IMG/VR virus record: IMGVR_UViG_3300023371_004674
Direction: 5' to 3' (one strand)
Length of the DNA stretch: 64,000 bases
Source: an uncultured virus (IMG/VR IMGVR_UViG_3300023371_004674)
Taxonomy: Duplodnaviria > Heunggongvirae > Uroviricota > Caudoviricetes
Position numbers and translations under genes: made by a program. The notes below the pieces were generated by a model. The model did not search any database. It saw only the letters and a program-made list of their open reading frames with translations, and was not told the origin of the DNA. Shown here one piece after another: positions 22,489 through 32,296 of this stretch (positions within the stretch are counted from its first letter, which is position 1; every line of letters begins with the position of its first letter).

Positions 22489-23081
22489 TTCTTTTCCTCC
22501 GTCCCTGCCTCGTCGATGCTGGTAGCGAGCAGGTCAGCCACGTGCGTCAGAACCGCAAGAGGATATTTTTCGAATGCTGCTCCGAGAGCCATTGCTGCAC
22601 TTCCTTCGGCTTCATATTTTCCCATATGCCAGCGAATTGCCATCGCCTCATCTCTTGCGAGCTTCATAAAGCTCGAAATGATATAAACCGATTTCTCGCC
22701 GTGACCGTAGGGGAGCTTGTCATCTACGATGTAGAACGGGACTTTCTCCCAAAAACCTTGATCGTTCTTCTTGTTTCTCATCTCAACTCCGTAGAAGTTA
22801 GCCTTGCAAACGTCGTGGAGCAGACCGCAGATAGCGATGGTTTCCATTGCTTCCTCGTCTGTCTGCTCGTTCTTTTCGTTCAGGCCTTCGTGGTAGTAGA
22901 GGTCTTTCAGTCGGTTGAATACTCCGATGCTGTGCTCGACCAAGCCGCCCTCTCTCGACAGGTGGAAACGGGTGCTTGCGGGAGCTGTGAAGAAATCGGT
23001 GGTCTTCAGCCATTCAAGGAGCTTGTCAGCTCCGGGGCGTTTGATGTACTTAGTGTAGATCTCGATAAACTGTTCTTTCAT
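22485..23081 (-). CDS. HD-domain phosphohydrolase
   Basis: APASTRFH..GGLVEHS, LLHDVCK, GHGEKS, AIRWHMG and HVAD motifs. Confidence 0.9.
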   Translation of the reverse strand: MKEQFIEIYTKYIKRPGADKLLEWLKTTDFFTAPASTRFHLSREGGLVEHSIGVFNRLKDLYYHEGLNEKNEQTDEEAMETIAICGLLHDVCKANFYGVEMRNKKNDQGFWEKVPFYIVDDKLPYGHGEKSVYIISSFMKLARDEAMAIRWHMGKYEAEGSAAMALGAAFEKYPLAVLTHVADLLATSIDEAGTEEKK

Positions 23082-23262
23082 TCTGTTCTCCTTTTAGGGT
23101 AAAATTCGGGATACTGCTTCTGCGGCGATGAACAACACGCCAGCTACGGCGGAAATCCAAAGACCGTATTTCTTTTCGATCTCTTCCTTGCCTCCCATAC
23201 CGTACAGTGTGGCAATAGCAAAAGCGATGATCGTCAAGATCTTGAATGCTATGAGCATAGTC

Positions 23263-23457
23263 TTATCTCCTTTCCGAGCTTTCGCTCTTTTCTATCATCT
23301 CCAGTGCGGACGGAAACAGAATCTCGATTTTCTTCGTGTCCTCGTCGAAGGTGATGTAGCACTCACCGTCGTAGATCCCGCCCGCAGCGGTAATGTACTC
23401 CTTTGGTATGAACACTCGATTTTTCTGATCGAGGTTTCTTTTGGATACCAATTTCAT
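23263..23457 (-). CDS. AbrB/SpoVT-like DNA-binding protein
   Basis: KRNLDQKNRVFIPKE resembles the AbrB RKVD.LGR.VIPKE motif. Confidence 0.65.
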   Translation of the reverse strand: MKLVSKRNLDQKNRVFIPKEYITAAGGIYDGECYITFDEDTKKIEILFPSALEMIEKSESSERR

Positions 23458-23478
23458 CGGGTTATCTCCTTTCTTGGC

Positions 23479-26400
23479 TCAACGCCATTTCAGTTGTCTT
23501 ACATAGGGCAGAGCGTCTTCCACGCACTTAACCCAATAGGACTGCTTCTTGCTTTTCTTATGCCTTTTAACGAATGCTTCCATTTCGTCAAGCGTTCCCG
23601 CACAGCTCGCTCCTTTGAGAATAATCTGTGCTTCAGGAATACGGATGGCTTTCAGAGTGTCAGGTTCGATGCTGCAACCGCCCTCGAACTCCTGAACTGC
23701 TTTGAGCCGGCAGAGTGGGAGATACCCTTCGGGCATATTCTTTCCGATGTTCCAAATCGTATATCCGAGCGGGACGAAATCTACGATCTCGAAAACGTGA
23801 TCGGGGTGTCCGAGCTGATGCGTATAAAGGAAACCGTCCTTTTCGTAAAAACTAACCATCTTCTTCTACCTCCAAGAGCATTTTCATTTCGTAATCGGTG
23901 AAGCCGATACAGCGAAGCGTGTTATGGATTTCCGAGCGTCCTGCCAGCTCGGTAAGATGGGCGATTGCATTGTCAAGCAATTCTGCTTTTCTGGAAGGGA
24001 GAACTCTGCCTTCGGGATTGCGGTAGCAGGAGCAACGCTCTCCGTCGTAATCGCAAGGTCCGTCTCCTTCGTTTCCGTCTCGGTGGAAGCATTCGTCGCA
24101 GAGCATCATCGTTTCTCCGCAGTACGGGCAGTGAGCCACGTATCCATCTTCCTCGATGCTCCATCTCATATAAACCTCACGGTCGCAGAACGGGCAAACC
24201 TCGACGATGAAATCATCCTTGCCTTTGAGCAACTGCTCCCATTCTCCGTCGTCGATGGCGTTCACTTCCTGAACATACAGGCAAACGTGATTGTTGGCGT
24301 GGTCGCCTTCTGCGTTAGCTTCAAACAAGACGTCCTCATCAACCTCGACCGTCCAGTTGTTATTCTCTGCGTTCTCCCTCTCGGTGGCAACCTGTTTGTC
24401 GTACTCCGATTTTGCCGCTTCGGGCGAATGGAAAACGCCAAGCACGTCGGAGCCAGCATCTCCATCGGTTGCGTAATCGACTGTCAGTACGTAGTGCTTC
24501 ATACTTCCTTCAACTCCTTTTCGTCATATACTTTGAGGTTCACGAGGCTCGTTCCCTTATACTCCTCGGTTTCATCCTGAACATCTCTGCTCAAAAAGTC
24601 TTTGCCATCAAGGTCGATGATGCCGTCGTTGCAAAGGTTCTCGACGAACTCAACCGCATCGTCTGCGGTAGCTTCGTCATCTTCGAGTCTGACAACGACA
24701 TTTCTGCTCAGGGTTTCTGTGATGGCGATAACAAATTCTTTCATAGCATTTCCTTTCTTTTTCTGATTTTGAGTTCCGTCAAATCTGCGATAACATCAAT
24801 ATCTGCGATGCTATCTTCGAGAGGGTAGTTCTGATCTTCGCCTCTCTTGATGATGTCGAGCTGGGCTTTCGTGATAGCCCTTTCATACGCCGCTTCGTTC
24901 ATTTCTCGCACATCCTTTCCTTAACTTTCTTGAACAGTGCCGATACCGTCCATCCGCACATATCCATAAGCACGTCGGGACCGCTGTTTTCAAGCAGGTG
25001 TCGAGCAAGGTTTCTGCCCTTGGTTGCGAGCTTTTCATCGTCCGAGTCGATTTCTTCGAGCAGGATCTCTACAAAGGTTTCTGCAATTTCGTCGTCGTTG
25101 ATGATTGCTTTCAGCATATCCTTTTCTCTATCCGATAAGGTGAGCATCCGTAACTCCTTTCTCAACCGATACCGACTCGGTTGCTATTCGATTTTCTGTA
25201 TTCGGTGTCGATGATGTCTTTCTCGAAATATCGTTCGATTCTACACCACCCATTTTCCTGACAAACTGTGAGCTGATAGAAATTGCCGAGCTCGGCATCC
25301 TTTCCGCCTTCGATGATGATGCTCTCATTCAGCTCGTTAAAGGTAACGCAAGGGAGCGACACGCCCCCGCATCTTTTCTTGATCTTTTCGTATGTATCCA
25401 ACTGCATTTACGCCTCCTCTCCGAGAAGCGGGCAAAACGAGGTGTACAGGTTCACGTCGAAGCACTCATTGTAAACAGACACATCACAAACGATGTCGCC
25501 CTGTGCCTCGATTGCGTATCTTATCATCTCGACCATCTCGGCATCTTCCGAGAGCTCCGTGTCGAACTTCTCGTCGATCTCTTCAAAGTACGTGCAGTAA
25601 TTGCCCGAATAGGTCTTGGCTGCCGACTCTCCGATTATCCAGCCTGAAATCAACTCTGCGTACAGTTCTTTGTCAACCTTTTTCATTTTCGATTCTCCTT
25701 TCAATATCGTTCAAGGGCGTAACAGATAATGTCCCTGACAGATCTTGCGATGGACTGTTCAAGGGTATCATCTGTATCCCAACTCTTATCTCCAAAGAAA
25801 CGAAGCTCTATCATTTCTCCGTCGGGTGTCTTGGTCTTGATTGCGTTCCAAAGCTCCTCGTCCTTCGGATACTCGCATTCGATAACGAAGCAGTTCTTCG
25901 GGAACTTCTCCTCGCAGTAGTCGAGGTAGGTCCATCTGATGAGAACCTTATGCTTGGTTACTGACTTGACCGACCATCTCCAATTCTTATCCCGGAAGCC
26001 GTTGTCGGCGATGGCTTTTCTGATGAGCTTCTTGTGCTGTCTGAAATCAACTTCGAACACTTTCAAGCACCTCCTGAAATTTTCTTTCGAGCGTATGTAT
26101 TTCGGGCAATCTCTCCTCGATAATGCCGAGACGTTTCTTTTCATCCTCGATGTCGATGCTCTTGAACTTCGATAGACTGTCAATCCGCATCTCCAACTGA
26201 TACTTCTCGATCTCCAAATTCTTGCCCTCGATTCCGAGAACGCATCTTACTACAAGCAATTCACGCTCGTTCAATTCTACTTTCACTTCTTAACCTCCTC
26301 ATAAGGAACGATTTCTGCTTCGATGCCTTGCTTATTGCAAATCTTAACAAGGTCTGCCGCATCCTTCTTCGTCTTAAACTTCATTGCGTTTTCTTTCTGC

Positions 26401-27205
26401 CCGAAATCAAGGAACGGACATCCGAACAAGCGTCCCACGTTCACGTATCCACGGGGTTTTCCATCTCTTCTTGCAACAACTATGTACGCCATCTCAACCT
26501 CCGATCCCGACGATCCAACGCATAACCGATTCAACCTCTTCGTCGATGGTTCTGTTCTTCAGGTCATATTCGATGTGCTTCTCATCTTCGAGGAACTTAA
26601 CAATGCGTCTTGCTCTGTCGAGAATTTCATCCTTGATGAGCTTCTGGGACTGCTTGCGGTTCCGTTCGTCAATTCTTTGGGTTTCCATCAGGTACTCCCT
26701 GATGAGTCTTTCGAGGGAATAGTGTCTGTAATCGCTTGCGAGTGGTTCCATTTTCGCTCCTCCTTATTTCGTGTAATACCACGCTATGAATTTGTGTTCG
26801 GTTCTGTCTTGGCTGGTCCAAGGCGTATAGTGTGCCGGGTGGTTCTTCTTCAGGTATCTGTTCTGATTCTCTCTGTCGCAGAATGATTTCGCCTGATCCT
26901 CTGTATCGAAGAACTGACAGGTCAATCTGTATCTTGCCATCTCTGCCTCCTTACTTTTTGATGAGCTTCTTGGCGTCCTTCCAATCATCGAGGACTGCTT
27001 CGTATTCTTCTCGGTCAGCAACTTCGATGGACGCCCAATTATAAACGCCCGTGTCGATGTTCCAACCTTGCTGCTTCAGGTATTCGGCTATCTTGAAGAA
27101 CCGCTCTTCCTCGTGGTCTTCGTAGGAGAATTCAGCGAATCTCTTACCCTTACAGTAGTGACCGACCTTTTCATTTGCGACCGTTCCTCTGTAACTGATT
27201 GTCAT
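23479..27205 (-). other. Operon of about 12 small hypothetical genes downstream of promoter copy 5
   Basis: Coupled ORFs (23479..23859, 23852..24502, 24899..~25147, 25162..25407, 25408..25704, 26047..26286, 26283..26534, 26494..26751, 26951..27205). Confidence 0.65.
24499..24744 (-). CDS. DpnD/PcfM-like small protein
   Basis: F.IAITETLSR.V.V....DAVE.VE....GII.L...DF pattern. Confidence 0.55.
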   Translation of the reverse strand: MKEFVIAITETLSRNVVVRLEDDEATADDAVEFVENLCNDGIIDLDGKDFLSRDVQDETEEYKGTSLVNLKVYDEKELKEV

Positions 27206-27250
27206 ATCGTCTATCTCCTTTCAACCCTGTTTGTGGTGTTTTGTGGTGGG

Positions 27251-27330
27251 CTTTACTTTATTATACATACCGAGCGTCAAAAGTCAATAGGTTTTTCGAT
27301 ATTTTTTCAAATTTTTTCAAAAATATTTAT
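27251..27330 (-). promoter_or_regulatory. Repeated promoter, copy 5 (first promoter of the early region)
   Basis: TTGACT (27287-27282)-16-TATAAT (27265-27260)-AAAGTAAAG. Confidence 0.85.
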
Positions 27331-27352
27331 TTATGTTGATTTTCAAAAACAG

Positions 27353-27462
27353 ATGCCCGTGAGAGCCTAAAAATCAGTTTAGCGGGGTTTTGTTGTTCAG
27401 GGGTATAGATGTATCAAAAGTTTCTGAAAAGGGCGAGGGACTTGATTTGTCAAAAACGAGGT
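27353..27462. repeat. Dispersed intergenic element, copy C
   Basis: atgcccgtgagagcct..gcggggttttgttgttcaggggtat aligns with copy B. Confidence 0.5.
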
Positions 27463-27509
27463 CTATTTTTTGTGCATTATTCTTGCAGATAAAATACCAA
27501 TCGGTAAAA

Positions 27510-27908
27510 TAAAAAAGCCCTCTCACAACGCACACATCGAGCGAAGCGAGAGGGGGAGAACGTATTTATACGTTCTTTCTGTTACTGTTATTATTAGTGT
27601 TAATGTTAGTGTTAGTGTTAGTGTTAGTGTTTACGCTGGATTTTCCGCAGAATGTCCGCAGGACTGTCCCGTGGACTGTCCGCAGGACACGGAACGAGGC
27701 GAGGATTTTCATAAACATTTTCGTTTATGCCGAGCGAATATTCGCCGATTATCCTTATTTTCGAGATTTCTTTCGATTTCTGGTTCAAGGTTGGTACAAG
27801 GTCGGTTCAAGAATCGTTGCGGGATTTTGCTTGGGACTGTCCTATACCTTTATTATGGAATGTCCCGTGGACTGTCCTGTGGAATGTCCCGTGGACTTTC
27901 CGTGGGAC
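27510..27908. repeat. Repeat-rich non-coding region, candidate replication origin
   Basis: (TGTTAG)n at 27580-27631; 12-mers TGTCC-N3-GGA(C/A) at 27653, 27665, 27677, 27861, 27873 and 27885; 11-mer GGT(T/A)CAAGGT(T/C) x3 at 27782. Confidence 0.6.
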
Positions 27909-27958
27909 AAAAAGAAAAACCCCAGCTCTGACCTTTTACAGCCAAAACTGGGGTTCTT
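27909..27958 (-). terminator. Terminator ending the late operon
   Basis: aaccccag../ctggggtt inverted repeat followed by TTTTTCTTTTT on the minus strand. Confidence 0.7.
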
Positions 27959-28067
27959 TATATAACCGCACCCGCTTTCTGCCAAAGCATACTCACGGAT
28001 GCGGACGAAATCGGGCTGGAGGTTTACCCGATAACGCCTTATTTATTTTCTCCCGTAGGAGAGCCTG

Positions 28068-28442
28068 CTACTGTCCTGTCGGTTTGTTGTCGGCAGTAAG
28101 TGATTCAGGGCTATCTGTGATAACGTCGATTACCTGCTGTACCGAATTATCGAGTTGCTTTACAGCACTCTCGATGTAGGCTTCGGTTTCGGTTGTAACG
28201 ACAATGCCTTTTTCGTGGAGCAGATTCACAACGTACTGTTTCTTGTCGATCTGGTGGTTTTCCGAATACTTTTCGGCAGCTTCGACAAAGTGCTGTACCA
28301 CCGTATAGAGCCGTTTCTCCTGAAGCCACGGGATAACCGTCTTCTTGATCCACGGAACTACGAATACGGATACAACACCTGCGATTGCGGCGAGTACGAG
28401 TTCCAACAGGTTCGACAAAAGGATTTCGAGAAAGTCATTCAT
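28068..28442 (-). CDS. Phage holin (LL-H family-like)
   Basis: N-terminal TM segment, V.AAE...K..KKQYV...IESAV motif; GGAGG RBS. Confidence 0.75.
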   Translation of the reverse strand: MNDFLEILLSNLLELVLAAIAGVVSVFVVPWIKKTVIPWLQEKRLYTVVQHFVEAAEKYSENHQIDKKQYVVNLLHEKGIVVTTETEAYIESAVKQLDNSVQQVIDVITDSPESLTADNKPTGQ

Positions 28443-28583
28443 TGGGGTTTCCTCCGTTTCTCTCGTTTTTGCAATTATTTTGTCAAAGATTATCAGTACA
28501 CTGACAATCTTTCTCAACAAAAATGCTACTTTCAGGGTTGAAAGTGCGATTTCTGTTCTTTGTTCGCACATAGGCATAGCATA

Positions 28584-28955
28584 TTACTTCTGCCCGTGTG
28601 CCTTCTGATTCAGATACTTTTCAAGGGCGGTGTGTGCTTTTGTAACCTCACCGTTACAACCTTGCTGTTTCAAACCGTCAAGGACAGCGAGAACTGCGTA
28701 GGATATAACACAGAGTTCGTCCTCAACCCTCTGTATTCTCTCGCTCTCTTCCGAGCGGAGAAGGTCGATGTCTTTTTTCTCTTGATCGAGAAGTCTTTGA
28801 GTATCTGTATCGTGCTTTTTTTCGAGCTTTTCAATATCGGTGGATTGCGAGTTCTGCTTATGCACCCACTTGGTAAGACCATATACAAGTCCCCAAATTG
28901 CCGCAATAGCAGTTGCTACTCCACCGATGGTGATTATGATTTCGACTGCTTCCAA
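28584..28955 (-). CDS. Holin-like membrane protein
   Basis: N-terminal TM segment, coiled coil, LAVLDGLKQQGCNGEV motif typical of lysis-module genes. Confidence 0.6.
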   Translation of the reverse strand: MEAVEIIITIGGVATAIAAIWGLVYGLTKWVHKQNSQSTDIEKLEKKHDTDTQRLLDQEKKDIDLLRSEESERIQRVEDELCVISYAVLAVLDGLKQQGCNGEVTKAHTALEKYLNQKAHGQK

Positions 28956-28972
28956 AGATACCTCCTTTCCGA

Positions 28973-29176
28973 CTATGCGTTCAAGCTGACGAAAGGAGAA
29001 CCTTGTCCCAATAGCTTCAGCTCATCTTCGGCTTTTCGGCGGTCGTCATCAAATTCTTTTTTGGTTTCTTCATCCACCGCACTCATCTCCGCTATGAACA
29101 ATGCCTGCCTGTTGATGATCTCGGCTTGCATCTTCACAACTTCGCAAAGGCGGTCGATTGTTTCGATGGCATTCAA
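28973..29176 (-). CDS. Small coiled-coil protein overlapping the RT 3' end
   Basis: GGAGGT RBS and TTG start; IETIDRLCEVVKMQAEII. Confidence 0.55.
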   Translation of the reverse strand: MNAIETIDRLCEVVKMQAEIINRQALFIAEMSAVDEETKKEFDDDRRKAEDELKLLGQGSPFVSLNA

Positions 29177-30386
29177 CTGTCTGTACCTCCGTTTTGGTTT
29201 CTTTTGGTTCAGGCACAACTACTTGGGATAGTCCAATGCCGTTTTGCTCCAGCGTTTTCACGTAGGAGCAGTAGATCCTGTTCAGCTCGGTGCAGAGCCC
29301 GTGGCTGTTACAGTGAATGAGGATGCCGTGATACGAAGCGGCTCTCCTCTTGAATTCATCCTTTGTCATCTCGCCTATGGATAACTGATAGCATATCACC
29401 TTGACTTTACGGATGATCTTCCGTGCGGTTGACTTCTTTAACTTTCTATGGGTAGCCCATATCTTGTAGCCTACAAAGTCGATACCGAGAGTTATCGGTC
29501 GAATAGCTGTCTTGTTATTCAAGCTGAGAGCGAGACATTCATTAAGGAATCGTTCGATGCAATCTTTCCATCGGTGCAGTTCCTCCTTGCTTTCCGATAG
29601 AATGATAACGTCGTCCATATACCGTATGTAGTGGCTGATTCCGAGGGTGTGCTTACAGAACTGGTCGAGCTGGTCGAGATAGATGTTCGCAAACATTTGC
29701 GATGTGAGGTTGCCGATAGGCATACCCGTATCATCGAGCCAATCTTCATACGGACAATCTTCCGGGCTGAAGCCAGCGGGAAGACCGAACTTCTGGTTAG
29801 GATTGTTGATAATCCTTTCCAGTAGCGTCATCATCTTCTCATCGTGAATACGTACACGCAGAATGTCAAGCAGGATCTCGTGATTGACACGATAGAAATA
29901 CTTACTGATGTCGAGCTTCAGATAATAGCATTTCTTGTCGGGGTTTTCGAGTTCCTTTCGGTGAGCTTGACGAAGCCAATACTGCAACTTGTCGGCAGCG
30001 GCGTGTGAGCCTTTGTCTTTTCTGCAAGCATACGAGTCTTCGATGAACTGTTTGTCATAGAACGGAAAAAGATACCGATATATGCTCCATTGAACGATAC
30101 GGTCACGAAACGGAATCGACATCACGAGCCGTAGCTTCGGTTCGTGAACGTAGAACATTCTGTATCTACCCATCTCATAGACCTGCTCGTTTAATTCAAA
30201 CAGAAGCAGATCCAGCCCCGTTTCCAGCTTATCTGAAAATTTGAGGATTTCAGGTCTGTATCGTTTACCTTTACGAGCCTCTCGATACGAGATTTCGAGG
30301 TCTTCGTAGGAACACATCTTGTCATATACATCGGTGAGGACAGACATACCCTCGACGTACTGTTCTATTTGGTATTCGTTTTCCAT
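29070..30386 (-). CDS. DGR reverse transcriptase
   Basis: GMPIGNLTSQ (DGR-type SQ), YIRYMDD, LKLDISKYF and GIDFVGY motifs; likely start MENEY at 30386. Confidence 0.97.
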   Translation of the reverse strand: MENEYQIEQYVEGMSVLTDVYDKMCSYEDLEISYREARKGKRYRPEILKFSDKLETGLDLLLFELNEQVYEMGRYRMFYVHEPKLRLVMSIPFRDRIVQWSIYRYLFPFYDKQFIEDSYACRKDKGSHAAADKLQYWLRQAHRKELENPDKKCYYLKLDISKYFYRVNHEILLDILRVRIHDEKMMTLLERIINNPNQKFGLPAGFSPEDCPYEDWLDDTGMPIGNLTSQMFANIYLDQLDQFCKHTLGISHYIRYMDDVIILSESKEELHRWKDCIERFLNECLALSLNNKTAIRPITLGIDFVGYKIWATHRKLKKSTARKIIRKVKVICYQLSIGEMTKDEFKRRAASYHGILIHCNSHGLCTELNRIYCSYVKTLEQNGIGLSQVVVPEPKETKTEVQTVECHRNNRPPLRSCEDASRDHQQAGIVHSGDECGG

Positions 30387-30537
30387 AAACCTTAAAAAAA
30401 GAATGAGCCGAGCGGGGCGTCTCCGTCTTCTCGGCAATTTACTCTTTCTCCTTGCGGAACGGCGGCGAGTCCCTTTGGGCCTGACACTTTTCGGTCTCCG
30501 TAGAGAGCCATTCGTATCGTAGGTATGCCAGACGCAG

Positions 30538-30653
30538 AGCGGAGCGGAAGCCGATGTTGTGATTCGTATTGGAACGGGCATTGTTGCCATTCAAGTTGAA
30601 GACACCGTTGTTGGAACTGTTGTTCCAGTTACCGCCACGATAGGCGAACCGCT
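30538..30653 (-). ncRNA. DGR template repeat (TR)
   Basis: Lies between avd and RT; in the target frame reads RFAYRGGNWNNSSNNGVFNLNGNNARSNTNHNIGFRSA (12 AAY codons, 29 adenines); matches VR1 and VR2. Confidence 0.97.
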
Positions 30654-30686
30654 AATATAAAATAGACTCGTCCCTATGAAAACGGC

Positions 30687-31160
30687 TTACTTGTTCAGGT
30701 GGTTCAAATAACCTCCGATCAATCTGCCGATCTCATCTAAATATTGACTGTTCCACACGTATTTCTTATGCAGGGAAAGAGGCGGAGAAACAGATACAGT
30801 GATGAGCTTTCCTTGCTCGTCATATACCTTGTTGCCGTTCTTATCTTTCTTTGGAACCTCCTGATCATAATAATCTTTGTCTGCGGCAATTCTTACGAGA
30901 TGCCGCAAAACCTCCAGTTCCTCATCCAACTCCTGCAATGTGGACTTCTTGTAATATTTCTTCTCGATTTTGACGACAAGTCGGAACATCGTCAGCATCG
31001 ACTGCCTTATTTCGCTTGCCAATTCCTTGTCTCGACCGGGAAATCTATCCACAATCTTCTTGCCGTATCTATACATATCGGCAATCCGCTCTTTGAGGAT
31101 AAACGCCTTTTGGTCGTCTCGACGGTTGGGGCTATTCATTTGGATTTCTTCGTTTTCCAT
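30687..31160 (-). CDS. avd: DGR accessory variability determinant
   Basis: bAvd-type helical motifs (RFP..K.LA..IR, KKSTLQELD.EL..LR, EIGRLIGG); lies between VR1 and TR. Confidence 0.9.
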   Translation of the reverse strand: MENEEIQMNSPNRRDDQKAFILKERIADMYRYGKKIVDRFPGRDKELASEIRQSMLTMFRLVVKIEKKYYKKSTLQELDEELEVLRHLVRIAADKDYYDQEVPKKDKNGNKVYDEQGKLITVSVSPPLSLHKKYVWNSQYLDEIGRLIGGYLNHLNK

Positions 31161-31185
31161 AGCATCTCCATAGCCTTAAAAGATA

Positions 31186-31205
31186 GGGCGGGCTACCGCC
31201 CACCC
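31186..31205 (-). promoter_or_regulatory. DGR target-recognition hairpin downstream of VR1
   Basis: Minus strand GGGTGGGC-GGTA-GCCCGCCC. Confidence 0.75.
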
Positions 31206-31227
31206 CATCAGTTTAACAGCGAACAGT

Positions 31228-32292
31228 TTACAGTTCTACAAAAGCGGTGCGGAAGCCGAAGTTGTGATGCGTATGGGAACGGGCATTGCTGCCAAGCAAG
31301 TTGAAGACACCGCCGTAGGAACCGCCGCTCCAGCTACCGCCACGAGAGGCGAACCGCTCTGCGGCACCGTTGTTCATATAGAAGTAGTCGCCTCCGTGAT
31401 TTCCGCTATCTGCGGGGAACAGAGCGAGAGCCTTCATAATCTCAGGGCAGGTAACTCCGTCCGCAAGTGCAAGAGCATTAAAGCTTGTTGACTTGTAGGC
31501 GTCTTCCTGCAATGTGAACTCGGTTGCAAGCGTGATTTTGCTGTTTGCATAATCCCACTTCAAGGTTCCTGCCGTGCCGGGATCTACGAGAGAACCGTCA
31601 GGCATAATCGCCTTCCAGAGAGTGCTGTCAACCGTCTGCGGATTGAGCTTGTTTGCGGCGTTGTTGTAAGGGATAATCTGGATTTCTCCAGCTACGGTTC
31701 TGTAACCGCCCATCCACTCGTAAACATTGCCGTTCAAATCCCACACACCGCTTGCATCGTTGTTATGAGCCCAAGACTTAGGACCGGAGCCCGTAGCAAC
31801 TCTTCCGTTGTAGAGCGTCCCATTGTCAATGTAGGTGTAGGTAACGATACCTTTCTCGTCAGGTCTCGAATGATCCTTGCCGTAGTTATTGTTACCTCTC
31901 GGCATAAAGCCGTTCTTTCTGCACTGAAGGGCAATCCAAGCCCATTCAGCGTTGGTTGCAATGTGCCAACCGTTGCCCTTGTTCTCGCAGTATCCTCTTG
32001 CAACATCGAAGTTGATGCCCGTTTTAGGATCCTGCAAGGGTAGCGAATAAGCTCTGTACAAGCCATCCGCACATCTGATTGCCACGTTCTGATATTTGGA
32101 ATACCAGAATGCGGCTTTTTCTGCATTATCTACCGAGAATGCGGGGTGCGTGTTCTCCGAACCGCCCGTGATAACATCGGCGATATTGCCTTTGTCAAAA
32201 CGAACCATAATGGAGGGCATACCCACATCGTCGTAGATGACTTTGTTGGTTTCGCCGCCCAAGAGCTGAACGGCAACTTCAAGATCTGTCAT
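31228..32292 (-). CDS. DGR target 1: Mtd-like C-type-lectin/FGE-sulfatase fold receptor-binding protein
   Basis: End of the tail module; DLNGNVYEW, RGGSW and GFR motifs; C-terminus is VR1. Confidence 0.93.
   Translation of the reverse strand: MTDLEVAVQLLGGETNKVIYDDVGMPSIMVRFDKGNIADVITGGSENTHPAFSVDNAEKAAFWYSKYQNVAIRCADGLYRAYSLPLQDPKTGINFDVARGYCENKGNGWHIATNAEWAWIALQCRKNGFMPRGNNNYGKDHSRPDEKGIVTYTYIDNGTLYNGRVATGSGPKSWAHNNDASGVWDLNGNVYEWMGGYRTVAGEIQIIPYNNAANKLNPQTVDSTLWKAIMPDGSLVDPGTAGTLKWDYANSKITLATEFTLQEDAYKSTSFNALALADGVTCPEIMKALALFPADSGNHGGDYFYMNNGAAERFASRGGSWSGGSYGGVFNLLGSNARSHTHHNFGFRTAFVEL
31243..31358 (-). repeat. DGR variable repeat VR1
   Basis: 116-nt ungapped match to the TR; 15 mismatches at TR adenines plus one non-A difference at the 3' (IMH) end. 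Confidence 0.97.
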
Positions 32293-32296
32293 AGAA

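Noticed and set aside
27580..27908. CRISPR array
   Set aside because: Repeats are 6-12 bp and tandem, without unique spacers; no cas genes.
27960..28040. Hammerhead ribozyme (GACGAAA-stem-ATA)
   Set aside because: The CUGANGA core is missing before the candidate stem II.
27470..28179. Plus-strand ORFs over the repeat region
   Set aside because: They are low-complexity translations of the tandem repeats in several frames, with no coding evidence.
29070..30386. RT as a group II intron or retron enzyme
   Set aside because: The SQ motif, adjacent avd and adenine-specific TR/VR pairs identify a DGR; no maturase or endonuclease domain is present.
30387..30590. 68-aa N-terminal extension of the 506-aa RT ORF
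   Set aside because: It is the TR and spacer read out of frame; the plausible RT start is ATG 30386.
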